From the IMG/VR virus record IMGVR_UViG_3300026522_000022, positions 1 to 64,000 of that record: a DNA stretch of 64,000 bases, one strand, 5' to 3'. Position 1 is the stretch's first letter, and the number at the start of each line of letters is the position of its first letter. A model generated the notes under the pieces. That model was not told the DNA's origin. It did no database searches and saw only the letters and a program-made list of their open reading frames with translations. The translations under genes and the position numbers were made by a program. This DNA is from a virus. Taxonomy: Duplodnaviria; Caudoviricetes. Shown here piece after piece: positions 19,058 to 31,500 of this stretch.

Positions 19058-20195
19058 AACATTAGCAGCGAGATTAGAACATATGGGCGGAGATATGCTG
19101 GGTAGAATTAACCAGCAAAAATTAAATGGGTTGCGGGCAGCGTTAAAAAATGATTATAACAGCCGCGTCATAGAAACGCCATTACATGACGCATGGCCTG
19201 CTTTAATCAATGAAAATAATCTTAAACCAGATTATGATAAAAAACTTATTTCAGTTGAATATGCTTCTGAGTTACAACCAGGAGATGTATTTAAATGTCT
19301 TGATGATGGAACTCATTGAATGATTTATCTTCCTAAATTAACAGAATTGGCATATTTATATTCTGAAATTATTAGATGTAGATATACATTAACAATAGAT
19401 GATACTACCTATTGGATTTACTTCCAAGGTCCAACAGAAACAGACATTCGTTGGTTTATTAAAAGAGGTATCAATGTTAATGAATTGAATTTATCTGGTA
19501 CTATTTTTATTAAAAATAATGAACAAACCAGAGCATTTTTTGATAGATTCACGCATATTAAAGTAGATAATCATATTTGGGAAGTACAAGTTACAGATTC
19601 CATTTCTGTTCCAGGCGTTCTTGAATTGGAAGTTCAAGAATATTATGACAATTCTATTGCGGAGCTTCCTGAAATTATTGATATGTCTAAACAAAGCCAT
19701 ATTATTGGTGAAGAAGTTGTTGAACAAGATACTATTGTTGGTTATTTTATTCCAAAAGAATACTATGATGACAAGAAGGAATGGAAAGTTACTGGCAATA
19801 ATAGAGTTAAAATAACTGAAATTCTTGATGAAGGACAAATTTGTAAGGTTCGTATATACGATGGTGCGGTCGGTGGATATACTGTTTCATATGGTGATGA
19901 AACTTTAGAAGCAGTTATTAACTGGGAGCATGGTTATTATATTGAAGGACCTGATGAAGTTTATCCTTATGATTTTTATACTTATAAAGCCAATGGTACT
20001 TTCTCTGTTGATTCTGATTTAGTTAAAATCGTTGAACAAGACGGTACTAAATGTGTTATTGAAGTTCTCACTGGTAAAAAAGGTGAGTTTGTTTTAACTT
20101 GTAACACAGAAGAATATGGCGAAAAACAAATGACAATCAAGATTAAGAGTTTGTGGGGAGGTAATGATGAAGGCAGCATCGGTATTGTTAGCTAA
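19047..20195 (+). CDS. putative head-closure protein with Ig-like C-terminal repeats (code 4, 382 aa)
   Basis: Two track ORFs joined by one TGA (THWMI); repeated IxGxxxV beta-rich units. Confidence 0.7.
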
Positions 20196-20781
20196 AAACT
20201 TCAAAAATACCTTCCTTTCTTGTGAAGTCGATCAGGAGACAATTTGGCGTAAACTATTTGTAGAGAGTAGACCTTATAGCGATAAATTGAAAAGGTTGTT
20301 GGTAGTCAATACGCCAAATTGTCTTGATGAATCTCAAAGACAATTTCAAGAAATTATTGATAAAAAAACTCTTCATGATTTAAAGGAAGGTAAGTATTTG
20401 CGGACGGTACCAAAACTTACCTTTCCTGAGCATGAAGAAGTAAAATCTTATATTCTTTTAGAATTTGATAGTTTTACTCCAACAGAAAATCCACATTACA
20501 GAGATTGTATAATTTCTTTTACAATTATCTGTCATTTAGATTATTGAGAACTCGAAGATTACAAGTTGCGTCCGTATCAAATTGCGGGGTACATTGATGG
20601 TTTAATGAATGAAACTCGTTTAAGTGGTATTGGTACTTTACAGTTTATGGGCGCACAAGAGGTTGTCTTGAATGAATATTTAGGAGGAATGTTAATTCGT
20701 TATCGTGCAACTCACGGAAATGATGATAGAGAAAAGATTGATAACGATATACCCTCCGCATATACCTATCCTTTAAGTTAG
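20167..20781 (+). CDS. putative tail terminator/neck protein (code 4)
   Basis: Joined through TGA in CHLDYWEL...RPYQIAG. Confidence 0.65.
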
Positions 20782-20792
20782 GATGGTGTTTC

Positions 20793-21560
20793 ATGGCGAT
20801 AAAAGGAGATTTAAAGCAAGTTGGATTATATCTTTCAGGTTTACCAATTCCAATAGCTGATTGTAATATTATATTAACTCAGCCAAAAGTAAAAGATGTG
20901 GTTATGTTTGGCGAAGATGAATTTTTAGTTATAACAAACATATTCGCACATCCTGAAAATTTGACAAATGAAGTAAAAGAGGGCAACTCTCAGTTAGGTA
21001 TTATGTCAGATTTTCAATTACTTATGATGATATTTAAAAACGAACCTTTAATTAAAGATTCTGTGGATAAATTATTTGATTTAATCTTTCCTGATTATGA
21101 GGTTAAATTTGAAGATACTTCGTTATTATTTTTGAAAGAACAAGAAGATGGAAAGAAACTTCCAGTTGGACGTGTTACTCCATTTAATTTTGAAAAACTT
21201 TCAAATGTAATTAATGATTTATTTGAACCACAGAATGAAAAAGAAAAAGAATATAATCCTGCTAATAGCAAGGCCGCAGAAATTGCAGAGAAGATTAAAC
21301 GTGGTAGACAAAAGGTGGCGCAACAAAGCAATGATGTTGCTCAATCTTTGTTTGGTAGATACACTTCTATTCTTGCTATTGGAATGCAAATGGACGTAAA
21401 TGTATTTTATAATTATACACCTTTTCAATTATATGATGCATTTAATCGTTATTTTGCTAAAGTTTCAAGTGATTTTTATTCTAAGGTTGCTACAACGCCT
21501 CTGATGGATACTTCTAAAATGGAAGAACCAGAAGAGTGGTTTAGAACATTATATAAGTAA
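20793..21560 (+). CDS. putative tail assembly chaperone
   Basis: 255 aa; C-terminal YTPFQLYDAF; function inferred from position. Confidence 0.55.
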   Translation: MAIKGDLKQVGLYLSGLPIPIADCNIILTQPKVKDVVMFGEDEFLVITNIFAHPENLTNEVKEGNSQLGIMSDFQLLMMIFKNEPLIKDSVDKLFDLIFPDYEVKFEDTSLLFLKEQEDGKKLPVGRVTPFNFEKLSNVINDLFEPQNEKEKEYNPANSKAAEIAEKIKRGRQKVAQQSNDVAQSLFGRYTSILAIGMQMDVNVFYNYTPFQLYDAFNRYFAKVSSDFYSKVATTPLMDTSKMEEPEEWFRTLYK

Positions 21561-21672
21561 TAATTCGGTGCCTTGACCGATTTATTATATAGAAATTATT
21601 TTAATTTGCGCGAATTAAAATAATTACTAAGGAAAAATATGTATACAAATTTTTTCTAAAGGAGGAAAACAC

Positions 21673-22800
21673 ATGCGATTTGGTGTTCGCGAAATTTGCG
21701 ATGTTGTTTTCAAGCCACTAGCCGCTGTAGATATTGGAAACCAACACTTTGACGCTATGCAGCCTGTCCTTTACTTAGATACTGCTAAGACTTCTAGTTT
21801 AGAGGGCGCATCCACAACTGTATATGCTCAGGGTGGTAAAGGTAACCCACGTCTTATTGGTTGGGACGGTGAGAAAACTCTTACATTTACCGTTGAAGAT
21901 GCTCTTATGTCACCTTTAAGCTTCCATATGCTTTCTGGTGCGGGCGTTGTTAAGGGTAGTGGACAAGTTGGCGCAGAGGGTGCAAAACATATTTATGTCC
22001 ATCAGACTTATGATCTTGTTGTTCATAGTCAAACTACTGGTACTGGGGACGATGCCACTACAACTTTTTATGCAGAACTTCCATCTGAAACTCGTAATGG
22101 TGCTCGTTTAATAGCAACAGTTGAAGCTCCAATTTACGCAACTACTCTTGACAGTGCAGGTGCACAAAAACTTTCATTAAGTGCAATTGCTGCAGATGAA
22201 ATTAAAAAAGGTGCTAAGTGAAGTACAGCAGAAGCTGCTACTCCCGGAGAAAAGGGTCTTATTCCTCTTGCTGTTACCGACAATGTTTATTTCATTTTAG
22301 ATCACAAAGGCGATATTGCCAGTGCTGATAATTATACTGACGTTGAGCTTAAAGATGGCGATACTGTTCGTATTGATTGTTATGCTGCTTATGCAGATAA
22401 AGCACAAGAGCTTCAAATTGATGCTGAGACATTTGGCGGATATTATTACATTGAAGCTTCTACATTGTTCCGTGATGAAGCAACTGGTCAAGACTTCCCC
22501 GCTGAGTTTGTAATTCCTCGTGGTAAGATTCAGTCTAACTTCACTTTTACGATGGCTAACTCTGGTGATCCTAGTACATTTACTTTCACTATTGACGCTT
22601 TCCCAGCTTATACTAAGTTTGAGAAAGGAAAGAAAGTTATGGCTGCTTTGCAGATTATTGATCCTGAAGCAGCAGCTCACAACTATGCTGATCCTAATGT
22701 TTCTGGACACGGTGGTCGTTACGCCGATAGTACTGGTGCTATGGATAGCGATGCTTATTATGACGAAATTTACGACGAAAAGAGCGTATTTACTGACTAG
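21673..22800 (+). CDS. major tail (tube) protein (code 4, 375 aa)
   Basis: AQGGKGNPRLIGWD and FTMANSGDPSTFTFTID; single TGA at 22219; strong codon bias; terminator follows. Confidence 0.8.
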
Positions 22801-22841
22801 TCATAATTTAACTAATTACAATTTACAAATTGTAACAAAGA

Positions 22842-22874
22842 AAGGGGTGTCCCGTGCGGGCACCCCTTATTTTT
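22842..22874 (+). terminator. intrinsic terminator
   Basis: AAGGGGTGTCC...GGGCACCCCTT plus T-tract. Confidence 0.75.
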
Positions 22875-22896
22875 GTATATGCGGAAGGAGGTGCGA

Positions 22897-24507
22897 ATGG
22901 TCAGTGATTTAGGAACGTATGCAGGAACATACAAAGCTGGATATAGATATGTTCAATCTCAAAATTTACCTGCTCATTATCCTCATATTACATCTAAATC
23001 TCCATCTATTATTAGAGGAGCGAAGGAAAAAATTTTAAATGATTTTCTTAGTCTAGCTAATCAACAATTTTTTCAATCTTCTGGAGGAGTTTTTCAAAGT
23101 TTTTCTTCCGTAGAAGAGTTAGATCAATTATTGCAAATGTGAACTTCTCAAAATACAGGGAGCGAACTTGGGCAAGCTTTAAGTGATGGAATCGCACAAA
23201 AATTAAATGATGATCCTTGAACTGGCTCAGGACTAACAAAAGGATTGAAAAAAAGTTTAAACATGGAGAATATTTCAGATGGCAGAACTCGACAAGCAAA
23301 AAAAGTTTTACAAGAAGCTAGTTCTTTATGAGAAAAAATTGAGCCATTATTACAACGATATATTGAACATTATGCCAACACAAAACAAGATGCTTATTTA
23401 GCAAAATGCTTAGAAATTTACAGACGAACAGGAAAAACTGATAGTAATTTTTTGAGTAAATATAATAATATTCAGATAACACCTGAACAAGAAAAAACAA
23501 TGAGCAATAAAGTTAATGGTGAATTTAATAGAATGGACGAAACTTTACAAAAAATAATGGCTTTAATTAATAATAAGGGAAATGCAGGAAAAGCTGGAAT
23601 TAAACAAAATCCTTATACATTAGGACAATCTATTGGTGGTAATTTTTCTGCATTAGGTGGAGAAACAGTTGGTGAAATTGTTGGAATAACAGCAGCAAGT
23701 TCAATAAAAGTTAAAGAAAAAGAAACACAAAAACAAATAGAAGATATGTTTGAATCGACCGGCGGAAAAATCTCTTTTAAAGGGGTTCAAACTGGAGAAG
23801 ATACAGTTTCAATTGGAGAACTTAAAGTGCAAGCAAAAGGAGACTGGTTAATTTCCATGACTGTAAATGGTGTTACAATAGAAATTCCTGTTTCTCAAAA
23901 AATGAATGCTTTGCAACGACAAGGTGGGAAAAAATCTTTTTGAGGTAAAGCTCGTAAATTTCAACTTGTTCAAGAATTAAGTTTACAAGCTCTTATGTCT
24001 ATGACTTTTACAGACAGTCCGGAATGAATTGAACAACATTTGGCTGTTTTATCCTCTTCAGAAGAAGATAATATTGATATTAGAAATAATTCTTCAGAAT
24101 TAAATAATGCTGTACAACTATGGAATGATTTTAAAGAAAATGCTAGGTATTTAGGGTTATTCAGAGCATTAGTCGGTACAGGAACTGAAACGAGTGCAGG
24201 AAATTTAGATTTTGCCGCTTTATTAGTTGTAAATAATAGAATAGTAAGTGTTGGAGATATTTTAATGAGAGCGGTAAATGGTAATTCTGTATTTAGAATG
24301 AGGCCAAATAATATTATAGATTTTTATCAAATGAGAGATATAGTTTCTGGTCCTTATTATGGAGAAAAAAATATTCATGACATTCATAAAGATGATGGAG
24401 GAAAAGGAGCACGTATAAGTGAACAATACGCAGCTATTAGAAAATTATATATTGAGCAAAAATATAAATTTGAAATAAATATGGGATTATTAGGAGCCAC
24501 TCGATAA
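22897..24507 (+). CDS. hypothetical protein (code 4, 536 aa)
   Basis: RBS AAGGAGG; three in-frame track ORFs joined by 5 TGA; ends TAA. Confidence 0.75.
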
Positions 24508-24508
24508 A

Positions 24509-24537
24509 TTGACATAATAAAAAATTTATGATATACT
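24509..24537 (+). promoter_or_regulatory. sigma70-type promoter inside the tail module
   Basis: TTGACA-N17-TATACT with extended TG. Confidence 0.75.
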
Positions 24538-24567
24538 TATTATATATAGGAGAAACAAGGAGGAATA

Positions 24568-25107
24568 ATGACATTATATATTGATAAAGAGAAAACATCT
24601 GCATTATCTTCTGCGGCGCAATTCGATATTATTAATTTTTCAATTCAAGCCGCAGAAGAAAATGGTTTTCTAAATTCATTTATTTTTGAACGTGCTTTAT
24701 ATTGCTTTGCGGCAATCGTACTTAATGATGACCGCAAAGAAGAGATTTCTTCACTGGTAGCATCTGGTATCATTGAGGCTTGGGAAAAGCTAGTTGAAGA
24801 TGGTACTATGGATGAGCTTGTCAAAAATTATAAAGAAGCACTTAATGATTTAAATGAAAATGCAATCCGTTGGTTTAACGAGTATCAGAAGTATACTATT
24901 TCTGCTCGTGGTTTGCTTAATAATATCCAAGAGTTGAGTGGTAGTATAGTTCAGAATGCAGCAGACCAGTTACGTAGCGCTTCTACTGAGACTGGTGTAG
25001 CCGATGTATTAAAGATTGCTGATGCGTGGGGTATGAATCGAGACATAATGAAAGAACCAATAGAAGAAAAACAAGAAGTGGAGCTTCCTGAAGATAGTCT
25101 GTTATAA
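24568..25107 (+). CDS. hypothetical helical protein
   Basis: 179 aa, RBS AAGGAGG, no TGA. Confidence 0.8.
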   Translation: MTLYIDKEKTSALSSAAQFDIINFSIQAAEENGFLNSFIFERALYCFAAIVLNDDRKEEISSLVASGIIEAWEKLVEDGTMDELVKNYKEALNDLNENAIRWFNEYQKYTISARGLLNNIQELSGSIVQNAADQLRSASTETGVADVLKIADAWGMNRDIMKEPIEEKQEVELPEDSLL

Positions 25108-25159
25108 AATTTTTATTTACAAGTTTTTAAATATTACAAGTAAATAAAAAAGGAGAAAA

Positions 25160-25381
25160 ATGTACATCAATCAACATCATCATTTTGGTAAAGGTAATGA
25201 ATATAGTAATGTTTGGTATATTTATGCAATAGATAAAAATACTATTATTGATTGTTTTGATGGTTGGTCTAACGATTGTTGGGCATATATCGAAGAAAAG
25301 TATGGTATTAATAATATAGGTAAGATAGCTGTAGGTAATATCGCTGAAGCTAAATACCTAGGAATGACTGTACATTATTAA
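25160..25381 (+). CDS. hypothetical protein
   Basis: 73 aa, RBS AAGGAG, no TGA. Confidence 0.75.
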   Translation: MYINQHHHFGKGNEYSNVWYIYAIDKNTIIDCFDGWSNDCWAYIEEKYGINNIGKIAVGNIAEAKYLGMTVHY

Positions 25382-25400
25382 TTTTAGCTAAAATTAATTA

Positions 25401-25440
25401 AATGCCCTTGCGGTGCGTCTGCCGCAAGGGCGTTTTTTTA
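25401..25440 (+). terminator. intrinsic terminator
   Basis: GCCCTTGCGG...CCGCAAGGGC plus T-tract. Confidence 0.8.
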
Positions 25441-25563
25441 TTATTTTCTTTTATTTTCTTTTATATTAGTTAGGGTATATATTACTTTATTAAGTTAGAG
25501 ATAAAAGGAATTACGGTGAGACTCTTGGAGTTGTCACCAGTTCAACAAAGAAAGGTGAGAACA

Positions 25564-28500
25564 TTGGCAAAATATAGTAACACCGTAGAATATCAAATTA
25601 GAACAACATTAGATAAATCTGGTTTAACTCAATTCCAAACACAATTACGGGATTTGCAAACAGAGTTAAGATCAATGTCACAATTAAATTTAATTGATCC
25701 GACAAAAGCAAAACAAGCTATTGCTACTATTAATCAAGTTCAAACAGCTATGAAAAATGCTTTTAATCCTAAATTGGGGATGATGGATAATAGAGCTTTA
25801 ATTTCTCAATTAAGCAATATTAAAGGTGGTTTTAACCAAATATATAATTCAATGTCTTTGGCTGGAACTAAAGGATTAAATGCTTTTACTCAATTGTATG
25901 GTCAAGTTCATAAAATTGACACTGGGATGAAGCAAGTTAGTAGTACGACAGATAAGATTGCTAATACAATCGGCAATACTTTTAGATGGGGCGTAATTGC
26001 TAGTGTATTCAGCCAGATGATGAATGGTTTACATCAATCTGTCCAGTATGTAAAAGACTTAGACGAATCTTTAACTAACATCATGATGGTATCTGGTACA
26101 AGTCGAGATGCTATGAACGAATATGCTAAAGCTGCAAATAACGCGGCTAAAGCTTTAGGTAATACAACTGTTGGTATGACTAATGCTACTCAGGTTTTCG
26201 TGCAGCAAGGTTATGATTTAGGTACTTCTCAACAATTAGCAGAATCTTCTGTAGTTTTGGGTAATATTTCTCAGCAAGATACTGCAACTGCATCTGACGA
26301 AATTACCGCTTATATGAACGCATTTAAAATTAATATTAATGATTTAAACAATGCATTATCTAAATGGGCAATTGTCGCTAATGTATCTGCGGCGGATGTT
26401 CAAGAATTATCTATTGCCTCTCAGAAAGCGGCTTCTGCGGCTGTTACTACTGGTGTAAATATGGACCAATTAGCTGCACAAATTGCAACGATTGAAACTG
26501 TTACTCGCGAAGCACCCGAGAATATTGGTAATGGTTTAAAAACCTTATACGCCCGTTTTTCTGATATTAAAATGGGTGAAACTCTTGAAGATGGCGTTGA
26601 TTTAGGTAAAGTCACTTCTACTTTAGATGCCGTTGGAGTTCAAGTTCTTAATGCAGAAGGAAAAATGCGTGAGGTCGGAGATATCATGGAAGACCTCATG
26701 GATGTTTGAGGAGGACTTGATTTAACTCAAAAGAATGCTATTGGGCAAACATTGGCGGGTAAATTTCAATATACTCGTTTTAGCGCTTTGATGAACCGTT
26801 CTGATTTATATAAACAATATCTTGCAGCTTCCAAGGAAGAGACTGGCACCCAAACTTTTGATATGATGCAAGGCACCTATGAAGAAAGTATGCAAGGCAG
26901 ATTAAATAAATTACAAGCAACGATAGAGGGGGCTTTTTCAAATTTATTTAATACAGATGATTTTTACGGATTAATTGATACTGCCCAAACTTTGGCTGAT
27001 ACATTCGATGAATTAACTAAGGCTGTTGGAGATGGACAGACCGCTATTATAGGTTTGGCTAGCTTTATCACCAAACATTTTTCTGAAAATATTGGTAGAG
27101 GAATAGCTAATACTATCAATAACGCACAACAAGCAAGAATGTTAAAATCTAATCAACAAGCTGTAAAAGAACAATCTCTATTAACTTTACAAGGAAAAGG
27201 GTTAAGTCGTACAGACAATGAGACACAATCCTTAGCTATCCAAATGGCAAAAGCTTCTCAATATGCCCCTCAAATGAATCCGGAGCAGAGACAAAAAAAT
27301 AATGAATTAATTGATCAAAGCGTAGCGGCTCTTAATAGGGAACGAGAAGCTCAAGAACAGGTTAGGAATGCCATAATAGCAGCATCAGCTGCAAGACAAC
27401 TTTCTTCTGGTGAAATGGTTCAAAATGAAGAGCAATTATTAAAATTTGTTAATGATTTAAAACTTTTAGACGCAGAGATTAAACCCGGAGATTTAGAAAA
27501 GTTAGGGTTTGGAAAAATATCAGAAGAAATTTTCAAAGCTACTCAAAGTTTAGATGGTTTTTTGGGAATGCTACGTACAACTAAAAAAGGAACTGTAACC
27601 TTTACTGATGGAGTAAATTGAGGACAATTCCAAGAAGGTGCCATAAAAACAAAAGAAGAGTTGCAACGAATAGTTGAAAATGGTAATTTAACAGAAGAAG
27701 CTATGGATAAAGTCAAAAACGCAATTGAAAAATTAACAATTGCAGAAGACGGTGAAATCCGAAATTTACAGGGTTTTAGAAATAAAATAAGTTCATTGAA
27801 TCTAGATTTAAAACAATATAGAAATATTATAATTGATGCGATGAAGTCTGCTAATTTGTCTAACGAACAAATTAGACAAATGATTGGTCAAATGGCAGGA
27901 GCTAAAACAGAAGTAGAAGCAACAAAAGGAGCTTTTGCTGGTTGAATTAAACAAATGGAAACACAAGCTCTTGCTACTAATATTACAAATGCGGTTGCTG
28001 GTATAGGGCAATTAGCTTTTGCTGTTCAAAGTTTTCAACAAATTGGTAGTATTTGAAGCAATGATGATTTAACTCTTGGAGAAAAGTGATTACAAACAAT
28101 TATTAATGCCAGCATGGCTGTTCCCATGTTTACTTCTGGAGTCAAAGACGCTTTCGTAGGAGTCGGTGCTTTAACTAAAGCTATTACCGAGCAGTGGACA
28201 GCACGAAAAACAAGTACTGCAACTGAAGCAGAGGATGTAATAGTAAAAGAACTTGAGAAAACTGCAACAGAACAAGCTGCAGAAGCAGAAGAACGAAAAG
28301 CAAAAGCTGATGGAGAAGGAGCTATTAGTAATGCAGAAGATGCCGCTGGTTCTCTTGCAGATGCTGGAGCTAAAAAAGTTGAAGCAGCTGTAACAGATAC
28401 TGCTACGAAAGCAAATAAAGGTTTTTGGGCAAGTTTTGGTCCAGGACTATTAATATTAGCTGGAATAACAGCAGCAATTGCTTTTCTTACTTTTGCAATA

Positions 28501-31500
28501 AAGACATTATATGAAGAATATAATAAAGATGCTATTGCTGCAGAAAAAGCTTCAAAAGCTGCGGTTAAATTACAAGAAGAGTACACTAATCTTCAAAATA
28601 CATATGAAAATTTAACTCAAAAAATGGCTGATTATCACGATGCAGTTGCTGGATTGAATGAATTACAGAAAGGTACTGAGGAATGAGATAAGCAATTACA
28701 AAAAGTAAATAGCACTGTCTTAGACCTATTGGAAGCTTATCCGCAATTAGCTCAATATATTAGCACCACTGTTGACGGACAATTAAAAATATCTGAACAA
28801 GGATTAATAGAATTTGAAGAAGCTCAAAAAAATGCTTTAGAGAAGGCAAAAGTTGCTGCTACTCAAGCTAGCATTTCTGCTTCTGATGCTCAAATGCAAG
28901 CAGATAAAACTAATTTACGTCGAAGTATTAACTGAGTAGATAATAGTGTGGCAGTAGGAGGATATGGTGGATATAATGGTCCTATTACTATGTCTTTATC
29001 TGAAGCAGATTTTGATAAAATAGCAAAAGCTTATCGGGAAAATGGTGCGCAAGCAATTAATGAAGCAAGTGAAATTGCAGATTTATTAGGAGTAGAAGTA
29101 ACTAATCCAATGGTTACTGCAATTTCTTCTCACATAGATAAAATTATTAAATTTTTAGAAAAAGAAGCAAATAACGAAACCAAAAATGACATTATGTCAG
29201 ACCAAATGTTAACTTCTTATCTAAAGAGTCAAGGTAAATATGATGAAAACGATGCTAATGCAAATGAAATTGTATCTACTCTTACTGATAAATATTACGA
29301 GCCAGAATATGAAAAACAAAAAAAACAGTATGAAGATTCTAAGGACAAAGAAAAATTAAGAGAAGCTTTTGAATCTACCGATCAAGCTTCTGGATTATCT
29401 TTTAAAGAATGAGATGGAGATAGTGCTATTTACGTAGATAAAAAAGACAACACTGAACATACTTATACTAAAGAAATGATGGTAGATGTCGCTGCCAGCG
29501 CTAGTGCTATGGATGATGCGGCAACTCATTGGGAAGAAGTTGCTAATTTATTAAGAGGTGTAGCAGAAACAACTTTTGGAAAAAACACAGAAGGATTTAA
29601 TCAATCTGCAATTTCTGGAACTAGAACTTATGATGAAAATGGCAATGAAGTAAATGAGTTTGATTATTCTGACATGACAGATGCTGGATTAAAGCGTTTT
29701 ACTAAAAAAGATAAAGATTCACTAACAGGAGCAGATTTAGGAATTACAGATGATTTTGCAAAACAAGCTGGTTTTGCAGATGGAGCTGACTATGCTAAAG
29801 CTTATTACGATGGTGCAGTAGAAGAGTTACAAAAAAGGGATCCTATTTCAAAATATCTAACAGAAGATGGAGAAATTAAAGAAGGTACTATTCAATTAAC
29901 TGAAGAAAATGGTTTATGAGATCCTTTTGATACTGCGGGATATGAAGAACAAGCTCAAAAAATTTTAGAAGAAGTTGAGAGTATTAATCAATTAAATAAA
30001 GCTTATGGTGAATCTTTAATAGGACAGAAAGACTATGATCAAGGCTTAATTAATCTTGGTTCTCAATACGGAGATTTAACAGGAGAAGTCCAAGAACTTT
30101 CCGAAGCACAAAAAGATTATGACGAATTAATGAAAAGTGGTACCGCTTCTGCAGAAGATTTAGAAAAAGCAGAAGAAAGATTAATAAAAGCTCAAGAAGA
30201 TATGGAACATAAATTATATGAAAAAGAATGAATTAAAGCAGCAGAAGCAATAGAAGAATATAATGAAGTTTTACAAAATGCAGAATCGTCTGCAGAAGAT
30301 GTTGATGACGCTAGTCAAAAAATGGCCGATGTGCTTTCTGACTTAATGGATATAGATGTTACCCCTGATTTTGTTAAAGATAAAGATAATAAAGCTTTAA
30401 TAGATGAATGACTTAGTGGAAATGAGGCTGCGGCTGAGGCTGCGGCTTCAAAAATAAAAGCTTTGGCTATATCTTCTTCTACTGAAGGTCAAGCAGCACT
30501 AACAAATATAGCTGAACAAATGTATCAAACAAACGCTGAAATGTGAGGCGATACAGAAAGCGCTTATACCGCATTGCAGGGTTATATTAAAGGATTAAAT
30601 TTTGATATTCATGGTCATGCAGATATGACAGAAGTTTTTACTGCATTAGGAATATTAGATGAAAAAGGGCAAATTGCTACTGGTTCTATGCAAACTTTAG
30701 CCAATTGAGTTGCTGCAATTGGACAATCAGAACTTACTTTTATTAATGAAAGTTCAGGACAAGAAGTTACAATTGATACATCTGGATTAGATTCAACTGA
30801 TTTACTGACAAAAGCAAGTGCTTATGCTAGAGTTACTGCTCAAATGGCGAATTTAAAAGGTGGCGGATGAACAATTAAAGGCCAAGTCCCTGCTGGAGCC
30901 GCAAAACCAAACATGAAACCAGCTGGCGGAGGTGGCGCTTCTAGCTCTGGTGGTTCTGGCGGCAGCAAAGGCGGCGGAGGCGGCAGCAAAGGCGGCAGAG
31001 GTGGCTCAGGTAAGTCTTATGAGCCCAAGAAAAAAGATTATGCCGCTAAAGAAAAAGATCGTTATGAAAAAGTAAATACTGCTTTAGATGAAATTGATTC
31101 TTCTATTCAAAATATCACAATGGATCAAGATCGTTTAGTCGGTAGTCGTGCTTTAAATAATCTTGAAAAAGAAACAAAACTTCTTAAAGAACAAATTCCT
31201 TGGTATCAAGAAAAACTTAATATCCAAAAGCAAGAAGCAGAAGAGCTTAAAAAACAATTAAAAGATGGATATGGCGCTCAATTTGGAGCTAATGGTCAAC
31301 TTCAAAATTATTCAAATATTTTTGACCAACTTGAAAAAGAACGCAAAGCTGCTTATGATAAATATAATGCGGCTACTACTGAAGAAGGACAAAAAACTGC
31401 GGAAGAAGCTATTAAGCAAATTGAAGATAGACAAGCTGCTTTTGAAAAACTTTATTCTAGATATGATACACTTTGGTCTAAAGATATTCCTGATACCGAA

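Noticed and set aside
30925-31010. GGC-rich repeats as a DNA repeat element
   Set aside because: Encodes a Gly/Ser linker within the tape measure protein
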